IMG/VR virus record: IMGVR_UViG_3300042691_023995
Span: 1-64,000 of that record
Direction: 5' to 3' (one strand)
Origin: a virus
Taxonomy: Duplodnaviria > Heunggongvirae > Uroviricota > Caudoviricetes > Crassvirales
Length of the DNA: 64,000 nucleotides
Shown: one piece after another, positions 1 to 9,372 of the stretch
Position numbering within the stretch: position 1 is the stretch's first letter
Layout: the number at the start of each line of letters is the position of its first letter
Translations under genes and position numbers: made by a program
Notes under the pieces: generated by a model
What the model was told of the DNA's origin: nothing
Seen by the model: only the letters and a program-made list of their open reading frames with translations
Databases searched by the model: none

Positions 1-200
1 TCTTTAACACCCTAATTTATCCAACTTACAGGTGTCATGGCTGTCCCTATTGCTAGGTTAGGAATAGTCATTCGTCCTCATGAGGTCAAGCTGACTGGCT
101 TAGGTGTTCTCCCTATACACCAATGTACGTTCCCATATGGCTATCACACCATTTCTCATCGTATTGGGCATACTATCTGTGGATTAGACAGAACGTAAGT

Positions 201-398
201 TTATAATCCTCTAAATGTCCCATCAGGGAAAGCATATTCTTCCCACTCGCCATTCACAGGCACCATAACACTATTGTCATACATATTAATGACAACAATA
301 CGTTCTCCCTTATCTAATAACTTATCTAATCCCTGTTCAGGAAACTCTCCTGTGTATTTGACACATGTCTTCTGTGTCTTGTTGATGATGATGTACAT
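201..398 (-). CDS. hypothetical small protein (65 aa)
   Basis: Complete ORF in the track; sits in the - strand block at the left edge. No recognisable motif. Confidence 0.35.
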   Translation of the reverse strand: MYIIINKTQKTCVKYTGEFPEQGLDKLLDKGERIVVINMYDNSVMVPVNGEWEEYAFPDGTFRGL

Positions 399-426
399 AA
401 CTGATTGATATTTAAATGATTAATAA

Positions 427-963
427 CTATTTATCTGCTTGTGCATCGTAATGCGCTTGTCTATCTTCCTCTGTATAGCCTGCTGAGTCATATTCTGGCT
501 CTTCATCATCAGCCCATACATATTCCACTGTCTCAATCTTCATCTGCTTTCTAACCACACCTCTTTCCTCATCCCATGCATACTGATCATTAATGTCATC
601 CACTTCTATGAACCACTTACAATCCTGTTGTAGTTCTTGAGCAAAGTTGGTTAACACATATTCCACAGACTTCCAATCTGAATAATAAGCACTAGGAAGA
701 TATCTTTCTCCTGCCATTCTTATTGTAGAAACCCAAATAAGTGGTTCTTCATGACCATCCTCAGCTACCATAATGTCAAATGTGGCACATAATGTAGGAT
801 AGGAACACTTGTCATTAGTATACCTAACAGCAAACATTTTTGCCATTGTAGGAATGTGAGCAAACTTGTATGGCTTACCGTGGAAGGAAACTTGACGATC
901 TCCAAAATAAAGGTGACCATCTTCAATTTTAACTCCATTAGGGAGAGCAAATTCTTTTGTCAT
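427..963 (-). CDS. hypothetical acidic protein (178 aa)
   Basis: Complete ORF with an acidic C-terminus; same - strand block. No recognisable motif. Confidence 0.45.
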   Translation of the reverse strand: MTKEFALPNGVKIEDGHLYFGDRQVSFHGKPYKFAHIPTMAKMFAVRYTNDKCSYPTLCATFDIMVAEDGHEEPLIWVSTIRMAGERYLPSAYYSDWKSVEYVLTNFAQELQQDCKWFIEVDDINDQYAWDEERGVVRKQMKIETVEYVWADDEEPEYDSAGYTEEDRQAHYDAQADK

Positions 964-1156
964 AACAATCGTTTAAATGGTTAATTAATGCTATATTTAT
1001 CCTCTAATAATTTGATTCTCTGTTCTACCAATTTACCTATTAAAAGTGTCTATGGGTCACACTGCCTCTCTCTAACTCACACTAAATCAATGAGTTATGA
1101 GTTGGAAGTAATGATGAGCCCACCCTAAGGAATGGTAATTCCCCACCCATATATAT

Positions 1157-1200
1157 AATAGAAGAAAGAATGTCCCCATTGAGAGGACATTCTTCTATTC
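1157..1200 (-). terminator. hairpin terminator candidate 3' of the - strand gene 1202..1627
   Basis: Inverted repeat aatagaagaaagaatgtcc / ggacattcttctattc (about 17-bp stem with one bulge, 9-nt loop) immediately after the - strand stop, followed by an A/T-rich stretch on the - strand. Confidence 0.4.
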
Positions 1201-1201
1201 A

Positions 1202-1627
1202 TTAGGCGTTCATCAAGCTGTTGATGAGTTCATCGCTTGCTGGTGCAACAGCAAGTGTTTCATAACGCTTGATTTGGGAGTTAACCCTTGCATCTTCAAG
1301 TTTCTCATCACGAAGAGAAGACCATTGCATCTTGTTAATGTAAGTGCTGAAATTGAGTGTATCAATTTCTGTGGCTGTTACATTACCATCATCATCAACT
1401 CTATCAATAGTTGATGTTCCAGGGATGAGTGTGATGCTTTTAACATTACCGCTCTTAAAATCGGTGTTAAAAGGATGGTCATCTGGTACAGAGAATACTA
1501 CATTGTTTCTCTGATAACGAGTGAAGGTCTTGCCATCTTTTGCTCTTTGACCTTTTTTGTACTTCAAGCCACTTTGTACAAAAGCAACTTCGTAAACACT
1601 TTCATCTTGCAACTTAATTGGTTCCAT
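1202..1627 (-). CDS. hypothetical protein (141 aa)
   Basis: Complete ORF; the hairpin terminator lies directly downstream on the - strand. Confidence 0.45.
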   Translation of the reverse strand: MEPIKLQDESVYEVAFVQSGLKYKKGQRAKDGKTFTRYQRNNVVFSVPDDHPFNTDFKSGNVKSITLIPGTSTIDRVDDDGNVTATEIDTLNFSTYINKMQWSSLRDEKLEDARVNSQIKRYETLAVAPASDELINSLMNA

Positions 1628-2109
1628 AATGCCCTTTCAGTTTTTTGTGTGGTGACTCCACATTTTACAGTTAATAATTATTAAGGAAAAGAACAGGGGG
1701 GCTATCCCGACTCTCCAAATTCTGCTGGGGGTTTCTGGATGGAATACCCTCCCCTCCCATGCACATAATAGGTTTTTGGTTCCACGTGGAACATGGGGGG
1801 ATTGTCAACCTATAGGCTTACATATGGGGGTGTTTTGTCAGCTTATAGGTTTACAAAAAAAATTTTGTTGGTTATATGGAGGATGTGTTATAACTTTGGG
1901 GCGGTGGGTGGGTTAGGTGATAGTTCCGTCCTATGGATATATGAGCAATTGGTGGTTTGAAGTGGTTGACGGATGTCTCTGAGCTAAGAATATAAGAATG
2001 GGGAAGGTGTATCTGGTTGAAAATAAGACATAATATAGCAATAGTATAAAAGATTGTATTTGACTATGTTATAAAGTCTTCCTATCTTTGTATCAACTAC
2101 ATTAACAAT
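1628..2109. promoter_or_regulatory. divergent intergenic regulatory region (bidirectional promoters / possible operator or origin-like sites)
   Basis: 480 bp without an ORF between the - strand block and the + strand block. At least seven G5-6 runs in an otherwise AT-rich genome. Perfect 14-bp palindrome gttccacgtggaac at about 1779-1792. Direct repeats cctataggcttaca / cttataggtttaca at about 1810-1854. Confidence 0.5.
2059..2090 (+). promoter_or_regulatory. Bacteroidota-type sigma-A promoter candidate (-33 TTTG at about 2059, -7 TAnnTTTG = tatctttg at 2083-2090)
   Basis: tatctttg fits the TAnnTTTG -7 consensus about 19 nt upstream of ATG 2110. A TTTG lies about 21 bp further upstream. Confidence 0.45.
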
Positions 2110-2454
2110 ATGAAGGTCATATTACAAAAGCTGAAGAAACAGGAGGAGGATAGCTATCTGGTAGCAGAGAGGTATTACACCATCCTGTCAGCTATTAATG
2201 ATCTTAAGCTGACACAAAGGGAAATACAGCTTTTGGCTTTTACGGCTATTAGGGGGAATATATCCTATGCCAATATAAGACAGGACTTCTGTGATAAGTA
2301 TGGCACCACCAACCCCTCTATAAACAACATCATTTCCAGGCTGAAGAAGATGGGGGTGCTGGTGAAGGATGGGACAAAGGTGAAGGTGAACCCCAAAATA
2401 CTATTAAACTTTGAAAACGATGTCACCCTTGAAATCAGACTTGTTCACAGATAA
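2110..2454 (+). CDS. small putative DNA-binding regulator (114 aa)
   Basis: First + strand gene after the promoter region. The segment ISRLKKMGVLVKDG is helix-turn/wing-like and basic. Confidence 0.35.
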   Translation: MKVILQKLKKQEEDSYLVAERYYTILSAINDLKLTQREIQLLAFTAIRGNISYANIRQDFCDKYGTTNPSINNIISRLKKMGVLVKDGTKVKVNPKILLNFENDVTLEIRLVHR

Positions 2455-2461
2455 TAAGCCC

Positions 2462-2878
2462 ATGAGCCTTCCTGTTAAGGATTGGATCATTAGAAAGCTG
2501 GCTGTGAAGATGATGCTGGGGGAGAAGACCATTGAGGCTGTTGTCAACCATCAGTTTCAGGAAGCTAACAAGGCGCTGACAAAGCATAAGAGTTTGGAGA
2601 TCAGTGGGTTTGGCAAGTTCTTCTTCAATGAGGGAAAAGCTGTCAAGCAGATGGCGAAGTTTGAAAGCCAGAAAGAGCTGTTCAGCAGGATTTTGGAGAA
2701 CGAGGTGTTGACGGACCAGAAAAGGAAGTCGATAGAGCTCAAGCTGCAAATAGCCCTAGATAACATAAGAGACTTAAAACCAAAGATGTATGTCGATGAT
2801 TTCCCAGATTTACGAGGGGTGGAGGAACAATTTGATACCCCCAGAGAAGATGAGGACAGCGATCATAGAGACGAGTAA
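2462..2878 (+). CDS. HU/IHF-like histone-like DNA-binding protein
   Basis: The segment LEISGFGKFFFNEGKA matches the HU/IHF beta-arm signature (I-x-GFGxF) and is preceded by a helical N-terminal region. The track ORF starts at TTG 2411 and overlaps the upstream gene; ATG 2462 just after the upstream stop is the more likely start. Confidence 0.6.
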   Translation: MSLPVKDWIIRKLAVKMMLGEKTIEAVVNHQFQEANKALTKHKSLEISGFGKFFFNEGKAVKQMAKFESQKELFSRILENEVLTDQKRKSIELKLQIALDNIRDLKPKMYVDDFPDLRGVEEQFDTPREDEDSDHRDE

Positions 2879-2885
2879 TGAAAGA

Positions 2886-3089
2886 ATGAGGATCTGTAAG
2901 CAGTGTGAGTTTCATTCAGCTAACAGAAAAGATTATAAAACCATCCGTCCTGATGCTCATTGTACCCATTGTGGGTGCACCCTGTCTGCAAAAACCAAAT
3001 GTTTATCATGTGAGTGTCCACTACAGAAGTGGATTGCTGTGGTTACGCAAGAACAAGAAGAGCAAATAAAAAAAGATGATGGAAAATAA
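2886..3089 (+). CDS. Cys-rich zinc-ribbon protein
   Basis: CKQC...CTHCGC...CLSCEC: four Cys pairs. ATG 2886 lies after the upstream stop; the track ORF 2790..3089 overlaps the upstream gene. Confidence 0.45.
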   Translation: MRICKQCEFHSANRKDYKTIRPDAHCTHCGCTLSAKTKCLSCECPLQKWIAVVTQEQEEQIKKDDGK

Positions 3090-3336
3090 AGAGGTTGTTT
3101 TAAAGAAGATTCCCCTGAGGGTGTTGATAGACATTCTTCAGGATGCCTGGAACAAGGGAGCTGACTACATCGATATTATTGGTGTGGCAGACGAGGTTCA
3201 GGACAATATAGCCATTGCTATAAAAGAAGAATATTTTAATACCAATCCAGAGGAAGAGTTTGAGGTGGATGTGGAGCTAGAAAAGCTGGATGAAGATAAA
3301 GACATTACTGACGAAGATTTAAACCAATTAATATGA
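3076..3336 (+). CDS. small acidic protein (86 aa)
   Basis: Complete ORF with a very acidic C-terminal half. Confidence 0.4.
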   Translation: MMENKEVVLKKIPLRVLIDILQDAWNKGADYIDIIGVADEVQDNIAIAIKEEYFNTNPEEEFEVDVELEKLDEDKDITDEDLNQLI

Positions 3337-3512
3337 ACCCTGTAGTAGAAGCATGGATTGTTATTGAGAAACTGGGAGCTCTTGTGGCTACACCAGGCAT
3401 CTCAGAAGATGTTAAAACTCTAGCTAACGAACAGATTGCTAAGCTTTTAAAGGATGTAGTTACACCTGGACTAAGCAAGCTCTCTGCTAGTTCGGCTGGA
3501 ATTATTGCCTAA
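3333..3512 (+). CDS. small ORF (59 aa), below the track cutoff
   Basis: ATGA overlap with the upstream stop; open frame MNPVVEAWIVIEKLGALVATPGISEDVKTL... ending in taa at about 3510-3512. Confidence 0.3.
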   Translation: MNPVVEAWIVIEKLGALVATPGISEDVKTLANEQIAKLLKDVVTPGLSKLSASSAGIIA

Positions 3513-3515
3513 ATT

Positions 3516-3803
3516 ATGCATATGGGAAAACCCAATGATTATTACAGAGTGCTTGCACTCCTCCAGCAATTACAAGTTAGCTATCCTAATTACAATATGG
3601 GTAGACATATAGCCACTGCGCTAGATGAGTATGGAGATGTGTGGGGACTTACAGATAGAGAGATATTGTTTGCTCTGGAGAAGTATAAGGCTGAGCTGGA
3701 TATGGATGTCCCACATACGGACGAGAGTGAGATAGACCAGATTATAAAGGAGGGGATGAATCTGGAGAATATACTAAAAGAAGAAGATGGCGAAGACTAT
3801 TAA
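3516..3803 (+). CDS. hypothetical protein (95 aa)
   Basis: Complete ORF. No motif. Confidence 0.4.
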   Translation: MHMGKPNDYYRVLALLQQLQVSYPNYNMGRHIATALDEYGDVWGLTDREILFALEKYKAELDMDVPHTDESEIDQIIKEGMNLENILKEEDGEDY

Positions 3804-4122
3804 AAAAACTACATACGTAAATGCTGAGCTTGATTGGGCAGAACAGCAGCTTTCCTCATGGAAGGCTTATGTGGATGCCAATCCCCTGCATGAACTTAAG
3901 GATAGAATTGAGTGGAAACCAACGGCTAAAGGAGGCATGCTTCCTATGGTGATCGCATCAATCGAAGCACAGGGTAAGTTTATACAGGAAACAATGAAGA
4001 ACTACTTAGCTCTTCTTGAGGTGGTGGAGAAACTACGTGAGAAAGAGGAAGCTAAAGTGGAAATCAGAGGTAATGGAGAACTAAGCTCCATGGCTGAAGA
4101 CTTCCTTAAGAGCAGAAGATAA
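3787..4122 (+). CDS. candidate small terminase subunit (position-based)
   Basis: 111-aa gene whose stop overlaps the terL start; helical/charged. The call rests on position only. Confidence 0.3.
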   Translation: MAKTIKKTTYVNAELDWAEQQLSSWKAYVDANPLHELKDRIEWKPTAKGGMLPMVIASIEAQGKFIQETMKNYLALLEVVEKLREKEEAKVEIRGNGELSSMAEDFLKSRR

Positions 4123-6149
4123 TGAACGAGCTTAAGAGCATAGACTACAAAGACTGGTTTATTAACCAGGGGCGTCTGCCTGACCGTGAGTCTGCAGAGT
4201 ATAAGCCGTTTTTTGACTTTCATAGAGAAATATGCTTGAACGGGTGCTTAATGAACGGGGTGTATATCAACCCATTCCTTTACTGGCACCTGAATGTTTG
4301 GCATACAGAGGTGGATGTTGTAGATGAAAGAGGACGCATCTTCCAGAAATATGCAAATCCCCTGTTACGTGATAACGAATGGATTGTGACAAATGAGATT
4401 GACAGGGCACAACAAGATAAAAAGGGCTTGGTGATACTAGGAATACGACGTTTTGCCAAGTCTGTTTTAGAGGCTTCTTACATAGGGTGGGGCGCAACAT
4501 TTGATGAAAACTCCCAGAATGTGATCGCTGGGTTAAATGCCCCCGACATAAAGCTGATCACAGATAAGCTGGACAAGGGCCTCAACTTCCTTCCTGAAGC
4601 ATGGAGATGGCAGAGAGTTGAGGACAACTGGAAAAACCAAGTCACCCTAGGTATTAAGACTCGTGGAGGAGAACGTATACCATTTTCTCAAATCCTCATC
4701 CGTAACTTGGATGAAGGTAATAACGAAGAAGCTATTGCAGGTACCAAACCTCGTAAACTAATCATTGACGAGATTGGTAAGGGCAACTTCCTCAGAGGCT
4801 TTCAGGCAGCTGTGCCAGGTTTCACCACACCTTATGGTTGGGGATGTTCTCCTCTACTTACAGGTACAGGTGGTGACATGAAGAAATTCATGGATGCCAA
4901 GAGCCTAATGTTTGACGTGGACAACTTCAACTTTCTCACTTATAACAATGAGAAAGATGACAGAAGGGTGCACGGACTTTTCATTTCCTATAAGTATAGG
5001 ATGGAAGCTAAGGAAGAATCCACACTTGGAGCATTCCTTGGACATTCAGAGGACAGCGATTTGAACAATGTCCCTATGCTTGTAAGTAATGAGGAGAAAG
5101 CAAAGGAGATAACAGAGAACAATCTCGAACGCCTTAAAAAGGCTGGAGATAGAGTGGCCTATCTGAAGGAAAAGATGTACTATCCTATGGAGGTGGATGA
5201 CATCTTCCTGAATGAGGACACAAATATATTTGACATAGAAGCAGCCAAGCGTCAAAAAGGTAGGTTGCTCATGCAGGGGCGTACAGGAACTCCTGTTATT
5301 CTGTTTCATGATGGTGAGAACATCAGCCATGAGTTTACAGATAAACAGCCCATAACCAACTTCCCCCTAAAGAACAGTGACTTGAAAGACGCTCCTGTTG
5401 TCATCTACGAATTTCCCATCGAAAATCCTCCATATGGACTTTATGTGGCTGGTGTGGACCCATATAGACAAGGTCAAGCTGCATATTCCACCTCTCTTGG
5501 TAGTGTGTACATTTATAAAAGAATGCATGACATAACAGGAGAGAAATATCAGGATATGTTCGTAGCTTCGTACTGCGCTAGACCTGAAAAGAAGGAAACA
5601 TGGGAAGAACAGGCTAGATTGCTCATCAAATATTACAATGCTAGAACGCTTTGTGAGAATGATGACATCTCCTTCATAGAATACATGAAAGCAAAGGGAG
5701 ATGCACACTATCTAGAGAAACAACCTGACTGGCTGAAAGAAGTGGTGCCTGGAACAACAGTGAAACGTGACTATGGTGTACACCGTTCTGCAGATAAGAT
5801 AAGAGACTACCTGCATAACTGTCTGAAGAAGTATATGGAGGCTGTGATATATCAGGAGAAGGATGAAGATGGAAAGGTGATTAAAGAAGTGACAGGTGTA
5901 TCAAAGATATTTGATCCCGTGCTGTTGGAAGAGATAATTCAGTATAACGATCAAGGTAACTTTGACCGTATTGTGGCTGCAGAACTTGCTATTGCTCAGG
6001 CTCTTAAGATGGACCCTGTGATGGGCAAGGTGGGAGGATCATCAGATCCTAGAGTGAGTGCGATATTCAAACCCAACAAGAAGAACGTATTGTTCACAGA
6101 ATCTCGTGGGTTATTTAATAAAAGGAAAAAAAGTAAACTATTTTTATAA
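4122..6149 (+). CDS. terL: terminase large subunit
   Basis: 675 aa. Deviant Walker A LGIRRFAKS (about 4438-4464). Walker B KLIIDEIGKG (about 4759-4779). C-terminal RNaseH-like nuclease motif YVAGVDPYRQG (about 5449-5466). Sits immediately upstream of the portal. Confidence 0.85.
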   Translation: MNELKSIDYKDWFINQGRLPDRESAEYKPFFDFHREICLNGCLMNGVYINPFLYWHLNVWHTEVDVVDERGRIFQKYANPLLRDNEWIVTNEIDRAQQDKKGLVILGIRRFAKSVLEASYIGWGATFDENSQNVIAGLNAPDIKLITDKLDKGLNFLPEAWRWQRVEDNWKNQVTLGIKTRGGERIPFSQILIRNLDEGNNEEAIAGTKPRKLIIDEIGKGNFLRGFQAAVPGFTTPYGWGCSPLLTGTGGDMKKFMDAKSLMFDVDNFNFLTYNNEKDDRRVHGLFISYKYRMEAKEESTLGAFLGHSEDSDLNNVPMLVSNEEKAKEITENNLERLKKAGDRVAYLKEKMYYPMEVDDIFLNEDTNIFDIEAAKRQKGRLLMQGRTGTPVILFHDGENISHEFTDKQPITNFPLKNSDLKDAPVVIYEFPIENPPYGLYVAGVDPYRQGQAAYSTSLGSVYIYKRMHDITGEKYQDMFVASYCARPEKKETWEEQARLLIKYYNARTLCENDDISFIEYMKAKGDAHYLEKQPDWLKEVVPGTTVKRDYGVHRSADKIRDYLHNCLKKYMEAVIYQEKDEDGKVIKEVTGVSKIFDPVLLEEIIQYNDQGNFDRIVAAELAIAQALKMDPVMGKVGGSSDPRVSAIFKPNKKNVLFTESRGLFNKRKKSKLFL

Positions 6150-8743
6150 TGGCTATCATTAGATATACCAAGGATGCTACGATTAGATATGCCTATCTAA
6201 ACATATTCCCTGATCAGTTCAAGACTGACAAGGAAAAGCAAGATGAGAGTTGGATAAAGAACACCATGGACTACTTTGCAAACAAGGCATATGCTGAGTA
6301 TGTAAAGAATCGTGACACCTTTGTCAAGAATTATGACTTAATGAAAGGCATCCTTCGCATGGAGGACTTCTATCAAGAACCTCAGGTGAGAAGTTTTACA
6401 GATATGATGACAGCTGATTTACAGCTTCCTGCATATGTAAAGATGTATTCCATCATAACCACTCCTGTTAACGAGCTGGTTGGCGAGATATCAAAACGTC
6501 CAGACACCTTCCGTGTTAAGGCATTTGATGATGACAGTAAAGCTGAAGAGCTACAGTTTAAGACAGAGATTCTTCAGCAATACGTTTTAAATGAGGCTAA
6601 ACAAAAAATCATACAGTCTGCTGCTCTAAGTGGAGAAGAAATTTCTGATGAGGAATTGCAGCAGATGAGTTTTGAACAAGTGAAAGAACAATTGGATGCT
6701 TACACATCTGTGGCTGAAAAATGGGCCAACCATGTTCTCACTTGTCAGAAAGCAGAGTTTAACTTAAAAGAAAAGTCAGAAGACGCCTTCCGTGATATGT
6801 TGATATCTGGAAGGGAGTTCTATCACATATATGAAGACAACTCAAAACTTGGATTTAATATTGAGGTGGCTAACCCAAAGAACACTTGGTTTCTTACAAC
6901 TCCTGATCGTAAGTGGATCTCTGATCCTACAGGTAGAGCTCAGGGGGCTTATGCCGCTGGTACAGTTCAGGTTATGGAGCTTTCAGAAATCATTGAGAGT
7001 ATTCCTGACCTCACCAAAGAAGAGATTGATCACTTACGTTCATCTCTTCAAGACTATGGATTGATTAATGTACGTGAGTCCAACCTTGGTAATCCTGATG
7101 CGATTCCTGGTATAGACTCTGTAATGTATGATACATATGATCCTCTTGTTCTTCAAACTCGTATGATTATTGAATCAGAGATGAAGGAGAACAATGATGG
7201 ATTAAAAGACTTCTTGGGACTTACATCTAACGTATCTTCCTTTGGATACAAATACGTTGTTGTTCGTTGTTACTGGATTAGTAAGAAGAAGATTGGTAAG
7301 CTCATCTATCTAGATGAATTGGGCAACGAACAGTCTGTTCTGGTAGACGAGAACTACAAATCTGGTACTGTTCCTACACAACAGAGTTTGGAGTGGGGAT
7401 GGATTAATCAGTGGTATCAGGGTACAAAGATTGGTCCAGACATCTATCACATCAAACCATTCAAGCTTCTTAACTATTGTCCCATCATTGGTACAACTTA
7501 TGAAGTGAAGAACACGGAGGCTAAATCTCTGGTGGATTTGATGAAGCCTTTCCAAGTGTTGTACAACGTTTGTATGAACCAGTTGTACAAATTGCTTGAG
7601 AAGGAAGTGGGTAAGGTGTATTTGACTTCCATCAGACATATTCCTGTTCCAAAGGATGGTGATGCTCAAGATGCATTAGACATCTGGGAAATGGAAGCAC
7701 GTAACAGGGGTGTTGTATTTATTGATGATAGCCCTGAGAACTTAAAGAGTCCTTCAAGCTTCAACCAGTTTAGGGATATTGACCTTACACGTACACAGGA
7801 GATTCAATCTCGTTATACACTTGCTCAACAAATGAAGAATGAATGTTGGGAACTAGTAGGTTTGTCTAAGCAACGTCTTGGTTCTGTATCAGCTAGTGAG
7901 TCTGCAACAGGAACTAACACAGCCATTCAACAATCCTATTCTCAGACAGAACCTTTGTTTGTAGCACATGAATATGTTCTTGGACAGCTATATCAAGCCA
8001 TCATTGATGCTGCCTTGTATGTAGAATCCAAGAAGCCTCAGTCTACACTCTCTTACATTACAAATGAAGGAGAGTCAGCATTTGTTTCTGTAAATGGTTC
8101 TGATTTAAGATTCCGTGATTTGAAAGTGTTCTTGACTAATCGTCCTGAGGATACACAAATGTTTAATGAGCTTCGTCAACTTGCTCAGGCTGTTATTCAG
8201 AACGGTGGAAGCTTGTACGATGTGATTGAGCTTTACAGCACCAAGTCTATGAGAGCCATGAAGAAGGTGTTCAAAGATTTGCGTGATAAACAAGATGCCA
8301 TCCAGCAACAGCAATTGCAACAAAAACAGCAAGAGCTTGATCAGCAACAACAACAAGTTGCAGCTCAATTGCAACAAGCTCAATTGCAACATGAACAACA
8401 AATTGCTCATGATGATTATCAGAAAGAGCTTGATAGAATCAATAAGAAAGAGATTGCTATAATTTCAGCCACAGGTTATGGAAAAGTGGCTTCCGAAGAT
8501 GCAAACTCTAATGCTGTTCCTGATGTGTTGGAAGTGAGCAGGCTTGCTAATGAAGAAACATCTGCAGCAAATCAACATCAGGCAAAGCTTATGGAAATAG
8601 CATCCAAAGAAAGACAGGCTGCTGAAAAGCTAGCTCTGGAAAGAGAGAAGCTTCAGGTGGATAGAGAAAACCAAAAGAATGACTTAGCCGTAGCTAAAGA
8701 AAATGCTAAAGGAAGAGCTAAGCAACCTAAATCCAATAAATAA
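6149..8743 (+). CDS. portal protein (864 aa) with a Gln-rich coiled-coil C-terminal extension
   Basis: Position directly after terL (ATGA overlap) and its size. The C-terminus QQQLQQKQQELDQQQQQVAAQLQQAQLQHEQQ (about 8290-8410) is followed by charged coiled-coil. Confidence 0.6.
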   Translation: MAIIRYTKDATIRYAYLNIFPDQFKTDKEKQDESWIKNTMDYFANKAYAEYVKNRDTFVKNYDLMKGILRMEDFYQEPQVRSFTDMMTADLQLPAYVKMYSIITTPVNELVGEISKRPDTFRVKAFDDDSKAEELQFKTEILQQYVLNEAKQKIIQSAALSGEEISDEELQQMSFEQVKEQLDAYTSVAEKWANHVLTCQKAEFNLKEKSEDAFRDMLISGREFYHIYEDNSKLGFNIEVANPKNTWFLTTPDRKWISDPTGRAQGAYAAGTVQVMELSEIIESIPDLTKEEIDHLRSSLQDYGLINVRESNLGNPDAIPGIDSVMYDTYDPLVLQTRMIIESEMKENNDGLKDFLGLTSNVSSFGYKYVVVRCYWISKKKIGKLIYLDELGNEQSVLVDENYKSGTVPTQQSLEWGWINQWYQGTKIGPDIYHIKPFKLLNYCPIIGTTYEVKNTEAKSLVDLMKPFQVLYNVCMNQLYKLLEKEVGKVYLTSIRHIPVPKDGDAQDALDIWEMEARNRGVVFIDDSPENLKSPSSFNQFRDIDLTRTQEIQSRYTLAQQMKNECWELVGLSKQRLGSVSASESATGTNTAIQQSYSQTEPLFVAHEYVLGQLYQAIIDAALYVESKKPQSTLSYITNEGESAFVSVNGSDLRFRDLKVFLTNRPEDTQMFNELRQLAQAVIQNGGSLYDVIELYSTKSMRAMKKVFKDLRDKQDAIQQQQLQQKQQELDQQQQQVAAQLQQAQLQHEQQIAHDDYQKELDRINKKEIAIISATGYGKVASEDANSNAVPDVLEVSRLANEETSAANQHQAKLMEIASKERQAAEKLALEREKLQVDRENQKNDLAVAKENAKGRAKQPKSNK

Positions 8744-9273
8744 TGTTTGATAGGCTAATAGACCTACTAACAGGCTGGTTTGAACAATTGCTTCCTTTCT
8801 TCATCGTAAGGGATTATGAGGAAGCAGTTGTTCTAAGGTTTGGTAGGTTCCACAAGGTGGCTAAACCTGGTTTCCACTGGCGCATCCCTTTTGTGGATGA
8901 GCCTATGGAACAGCATGTTGTGGTCACTACTATTAGCCTGGCTCCCCAGAGCTTATACACAAAAGACAAGCAGAACATTGTGGTGAAAGGTGTGATTAAG
9001 TATAGAATCTCTGATGTTCAAACCTTCCTTCTGGAAGTGTATGATGCTCAGGACGCTATATCAGATATGACCCAGTCTATCGTTAAGAACATCATCATGG
9101 ATAAAACCCTGGATGAATGCATAGATCCTGAGATAGACAACACCCTCACGAAGAAAGCTAGGGTGGAAGCTAAGAAGTGGGGAGTGGAAATCCAACAGGT
9201 AACCCTCACTGACCTAGCTCCAATTCGTTCTTTCAGGCTTATAAACGATACCATCGTAAACAAACTTGATTAG
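8743..9273 (+). CDS. SPFH / band-7 (stomatin-prohibitin-HflK/C) domain protein
   Basis: AVVLRFGRFHKVAKPGFHWRIPFVDE closely matches the SPFH core (compare HflK/C GVVLRFGKF...PGL.FK.PFID). The amphipathic N-terminus fits membrane association. 176 aa. Confidence 0.7.
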   Translation: MFDRLIDLLTGWFEQLLPFFIVRDYEEAVVLRFGRFHKVAKPGFHWRIPFVDEPMEQHVVVTTISLAPQSLYTKDKQNIVVKGVIKYRISDVQTFLLEVYDAQDAISDMTQSIVKNIIMDKTLDECIDPEIDNTLTKKARVEAKKWGVEIQQVTLTDLAPIRSFRLINDTIVNKLD

Positions 9274-9372
9274 AGTAAATTAGATTAATGCTATATTATC
9301 TACGAAAAACCCTCATATAGCAACATAACTCTTTGCTATTCAATTATATCTATCTATTTTTACAGGCGTATA

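Noticed and set aside
1690-1930. G-run cluster considered as a tRNA or CRISPR leader
   Set aside because: No cloverleaf (no T-loop GTTCRA or acceptor pairing) was found by eye, and there are no repeated spacer units. It was kept as a regulatory region only.
2411-2461. Track start of the HU-like ORF at TTG 2411, overlapping the upstream gene by 44 nt
   Set aside because: ATG 2462, just after the upstream stop, gives a canonical HU-length protein. The same logic applies to 2790 versus 2886 and 17489 versus 17531.
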